Assembly (NCBI GenBank): GCA_049903315.1
Contig: JBNGBT010000004.1
Location: 192,001 to 256,000 of the forward strand
Direction of reading: 5' to 3'
Length of the DNA stretch: 64,000 nucleotides
From: Candidatus Cloacimonadota bacterium
GTDB lineage: Bacteria; Cloacimonadota; Cloacimonadia; JGIOTU-2
This document shows positions 60,557 to 64,000 of the stretch, in pieces. Each line of letters begins with the position of its first letter. The stretch's first letter is position 1. The translations under genes were made by a program, and so were the position numbers. Under the pieces are notes generated by a model. It was given only the letters and a program-made list of their open reading frames with translations, did not search any database and was not told the origin of the DNA.

Positions 60557-61914
60557 AATCACTCTTGCCAATTTACGAAGAATATTCCAAAGAAGTATTA
60601 ACTAATCCAGAGAAATATTATAAGGATTTCACGCTTGTAGAGAATGCTGTTGCGAATTCCACTGCACTGTATAAAGGCGAACCGATTGATTTTCATTACC
60701 AGCCCATGTTTTTTGATCAGGATGATATAATCAGATTCGAACATCTCGTCACAACCTTTTCATCCATTCTTACAAAAGTGATTGATGAATACGTAAGAAA
60801 TCCTGTTTTCCGCTCATATTTTGAATTTCCGCCTTTAATGGAAAAACTTATACTTATCGATCCTGGCTACGCTATGCCTTTTCCCATGGCGCGGTTTGAT
60901 ATTTTCTATTCCTATGATGACGACTATAATTTTTGTGAGCTTAATACAGATGGCACCTCAGGTATGAATGAATCCAATCCTGTGGAAAAAGCGGTGCTGT
61001 CCTCACAGATACTGAAAGTGCTTCAGAAGAAATACCGCATCAGTTATTTTGAGCTTTTCCTGCCATGGATCGAGGAACTGCTTGCATGCTATGCAGAATA
61101 TTCGAATACATCTAATCACAAACCGAATATTGCCATCATGGATTGGGAAGGTGTGGCAACGATCGAGGAGTTCAAGGTTTTCCAGGATATTCTGATGCAA
61201 CGAGGATTTAGAACCGTTATCTGCGATCCCCGTGACCTTAAATATAGAGAAAATAAATTATACTTCCTCGATATGCCCATAGATCTGATCTATCGCCGTG
61301 CACTGACATTTGAGATGTGCGAAAGAGCGGATGAGGTAAATGATGTGCTCGATGCATATGCAAATGGAAATGTGTGTATGGTGGGAGCATTTCGTTCTCA
61401 CATCATTCATAATAAAAAAATATTTTCTATTCTTAGAGATACAGAGAAGACAGGATTCTTAAACGACCAAGAACGTGATTTTATTGAAAAGCATATTCCA
61501 TTTACAAAAGAGTTATCCGATCCTGATGCAGAGAAACTCGCACGAACATTAAAAGATGAGTATATTCTTAAGCCCATGGATAGGTATGCAGCAAAAGGCG
61601 TGTTCATCGGAGCTGACCATACTTCTGAAGAATGGAATAACACTCTCGACTCAATTCAAGATAAAAATTCCTATCTCGTGCAGCATTTTATCAAACCGCC
61701 TGTTCTGGAATGTGTGGAATTCGAAAAAGAAAATCCTGTTGTTAAACCATATAAATATATTACAGGATTGTTTGTTTATAATGGACGTTTTCACGGTGTG
61801 TACACACGCGCAGGCACCTCGAATGTGATCGCCAGCGTGACCGGGTGCAGGATCATGCCGAACCTGTATGTGAGAGATGTGATGGGGGATTTCACGCAAA
61901 GAACGCAAAGATGA
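60553..61914 (+). CDS. Circularly permuted ATP-grasp ligase (glutathionylspermidine-synthase-like)
   Basis: ARFDIF, FCELNTDGTSGMNE, DLIYRRA, HNKKIF and ILKPMDRYAAKGV motifs. Confidence 0.8.
   Translation: MKSLLPIYEEYSKEVLTNPEKYYKDFTLVENAVANSTALYKGEPIDFHYQPMFFDQDDIIRFEHLVTTFSSILTKVIDEYVRNPVFRSYFEFPPLMEKLILIDPGYAMPFPMARFDIFYSYDDDYNFCELNTDGTSGMNESNPVEKAVLSSQILKVLQKKYRISYFELFLPWIEELLACYAEYSNTSNHKPNIAIMDWEGVATIEEFKVFQDILMQRGFRTVICDPRDLKYRENKLYFLDMPIDLIYRRALTFEMCERADEVNDVLDAYANGNVCMVGAFRSHIIHNKKIFSILRDTEKTGFLNDQERDFIEKHIPFTKELSDPDAEKLARTLKDEYILKPMDRYAAKGVFIGADHTSEEWNNTLDSIQDKNSYLVQHFIKPPVLECVEFEKENPVVKPYKYITGLFVYNGRFHGVYTRAGTSNVIASVTGCRIMPNLYVRDVMGDFTQRTQR
61855..61905 (+). repeat. ~51 bp direct repeat, copy 1 (3' end of the ATP-grasp gene)
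   Basis: Matches 63162-63214 with 3 substitutions and a GA indel. Confidence 0.85.
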
Positions 61915-62039
61915 AAAGAACGCTGAGGGCGCAAAGAAAATAATATACTATAACTAAGAAGTCAGGGACCACTCCCTGACTTAGGACGATGTCACGGAAT
62001 GGTCCATGACACCTCTATATTGAATGAGGATAAACGACA

Positions 62040-63110
62040 TCATTTATTTTTATACTTATTCTTCTTATAGTTTTTAACCATTTTTCCAAATTTCTTATTC
62101 CTTCTTTTTCTCTCTATAACTGAAGTTTCAAAGTGCGCTTTTTCTTTTTCCAATTTTAGGTAATTCTCATATGAACTTCTGTCTAATTCACCATTTTGGA
62201 CGGCTTCAATAACAGCACAGCCGATCTCACTCGTATGGGTACAATCGTTGAATTTGCAGTATCGCGCAAGACTGACAATGTCGTCGAACGTTGTCTCAAA
62301 TCCACCTACATCATCGGTTATACCGATTTCACGCATTCCCGGATTGTCGATAAGTATTCCGCCACTATCGAGCACAATTAATTCCCTGTGGCTCGTCACA
62401 TGTTTGCCCTTGTTTGTACTCTGACTGATCACATCCGTGCGCATTACAGATTTCCCGGATAGATTGTTTAACAAAGTGGATTTGCCTACACCTGAAGAAC
62501 CAAGCATGCAATAGGTCTTTCCTTTTTCAATCATCTTTTTCAGGGCTTCATATCCATTTTGGGTTTCGTTGCTGACCGCAAAAACCGGAATATCGTTAAT
62601 TCGTTGTGTTATGCTATTCGACAGTTCGGCAGTTCGTTGTTCTGGTACCAAATCAGTTTTTGTTAATATAATTATCGGGTGTATTTCTGAGGAAAAACAT
62701 ATAGTCAGGTAGCGCTCGATTCGGTTAATATTGAAATCCCTGTCCACGGATTGAACTACGAAGGCATAATCGATATTTGCTGCAATGACCTGTATCTCGC
62801 CGTATCGTCCAACCGCTTGCCTGGTGAGTGTTGAAAATCGTGGCAGTATTTTATAAATAGTTGCAAAGTTATCATCGTAGATCGTGAGTGCTACCCAATC
62901 ACCGACTGCAGGAAAATCTTCACGACCTTGTGCCGAATACCGCAAATTCCCAGTTATTTCAGCATCAAAGTCACCCTTTGTTATCCTGACAGTGTAGCCG
63001 CCCTTATGCTGCGTAACAACTCGTCCGATCTCGAAATTATCGAGTTTGTGTTCAATCCTATACTTTTCGAATGCAGTGTTATATCCTAAATCTTCTAATG
63101 TTATTTCCAT
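62040..63110 (-). CDS. rsgA: Ribosome small subunit-dependent GTPase A
   Basis: PAVGDWV, TKTD, GSSGVGKSTL, KHVT, DNPGMRE and CKFNDCTH..E.GCAV motifs. Confidence 0.93.
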   Translation of the reverse strand: MEITLEDLGYNTAFEKYRIEHKLDNFEIGRVVTQHKGGYTVRITKGDFDAEITGNLRYSAQGREDFPAVGDWVALTIYDDNFATIYKILPRFSTLTRQAVGRYGEIQVIAANIDYAFVVQSVDRDFNINRIERYLTICFSSEIHPIIILTKTDLVPEQRTAELSNSITQRINDIPVFAVSNETQNGYEALKKMIEKGKTYCMLGSSGVGKSTLLNNLSGKSVMRTDVISQSTNKGKHVTSHRELIVLDSGGILIDNPGMREIGITDDVGGFETTFDDIVSLARYCKFNDCTHTSEIGCAVIEAVQNGELDRSSYENYLKLEKEKAHFETSVIERKRRNKKFGKMVKNYKKNKYKNK

Positions 63111-63161
63111 GTTTTGATGAGGAGAGATCTGTCCATTTTTTGTCAAATTATAAGATGTTGT

Positions 63162-63214
63162 ATGCCGAACTTGTATGTGAGAGAGATGTGATGGGGGAGT
63201 TCACGCAAAGGACG
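63162..63214 (+). repeat. ~53 bp direct repeat, copy 2
   Basis: Non-coding copy of 61855-61905. Confidence 0.85.
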
Positions 63215-63335
63215 TTGAAAATTGAAATTCTTGACCATATAAAGTAGATTGTTCAAAAACTCATTTGAGATTAAATCTATTTAGTAATGTATTTTTTTCG
63301 CTCTGTGTTCTCTGTGGTTGAAAGGATTTTGTAAT

Positions 63336-64000
63336 ATGCTCCTTTACATCATACTTTTTCTTGCCGGTGTTGCAGCCGGTTTCATGAACACCCTCGCAGG
63401 CGGCGGGTCAACGCTGACGCTTCCTGTTTTGGTACTGCTTGGACTTCCTTCTCCCATTGCCAACGCAACGAACCGGGTGGCGATACTTCTGCAAAATGTG
63501 GTTGGTACTGCACGTTTTGCAAAGTATAAAGAACTGAATGTCAAACCTGTCATACATATCACGATCGCTGCGATTGTCGGAGCGATTGTCGGCTCGCTAT
63601 TCGCTGTAGATATCAGTTCGCAGGTTTTTGATAAAGTACTCGGAGTAATGCTGATACTCGTTCTGGTACTTATATTTAAACCAAAGAGAAAAGCAACAGC
63701 AGAAAGAAAAAATATCCCCAAATGGCTCGAAGTGCTCATTTTTTTCTGTGTCGGACTGTATGGCGGATTCATTCAGGCAGGAGTTGGTTTTATTTTTCTT
63801 GCCACTTTAAATTTGGTTGAGGATTTTAATCTCATACGCGCAAATGCGGTAAAAGTTTTTATCGTTATGTGCTACACTTTCTTTGCAGTCATTGTTTTTG
63901 CAGTTTCAGATAAAATAATGTGGACATATGGTTTACTGCTTGCTGCCGGGAACATGCTCGGGGCATTTATAGGTGTGCGTGCTGCTGTGAAAAAGGGCGC
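63336..64000 (+). CDS. TauE/SafE (TSUP) family exporter, runs off the window end
   Basis: Manual translation: MLLYIILFLAGVAAGFMNTLAGGGSTLTLP...ANATNR...GLYGGFIQAGVG. Confidence 0.88.
   Translation, partial: MLLYIILFLAGVAAGFMNTLAGGGSTLTLPVLVLLGLPSPIANATNRVAILLQNVVGTARFAKYKELNVKPVIHITIAAIVGAIVGSLFAVDISSQVFDKVLGVMLILVLVLIFKPKRKATAERKNIPKWLEVLIFFCVGLYGGFIQAGVGFIFLATLNLVEDFNLIRANAVKVFIVMCYTFFAVIVFAVSDKIMWTYGLLLAAGNMLGAFIGVRAAVKKG

Noticed and set aside
63344..63772. 142-aa minus-strand ORF
   Set aside because: Antisense shadow of the TauE/SafE gene that starts at 63336 on the + strand.

Overview
Bacterial chromosomal window from an AT-rich, probably anaerobic FCB-group organism (Cloacimonadota-like secreted proteins with FlgD/T9SS-like C-termini; taxonomy is inference). 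Backbone: an Mrp-linked Mbx/MBS-type membrane oxidoreductase operon (1-7106), ABC-F, rfbB, TAXI, GGDEF, an LPP20/CsgG/outer-membrane operon, nth, dnaX, a pyr operon, secreted proteins, murI, hutU, redox genes, two lipoprotein oligopeptidases B, gshA plus an ATP-grasp ligase, rsgA and a TauE/SafE gene. The outstanding element (22917-29477) is an integron-like cassette system. A tyrosine recombinase that lacks the IntI-specific insertion but carries an N-terminal HARP-like domain is followed, co-directionally, by an attI-like site and six single-gene cassettes. The cassettes are separated by six 118-120 bp branched attC-like repeats with a non-canonical TAAC...ATTA core, and each cassette is bounded by its own ~12 bp inverted repeat. 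The array ends by fusing at an ATTA into the middle of a decayed DUF4037 gene. All calls were made by eye with no database searches, so novelty is unverified.
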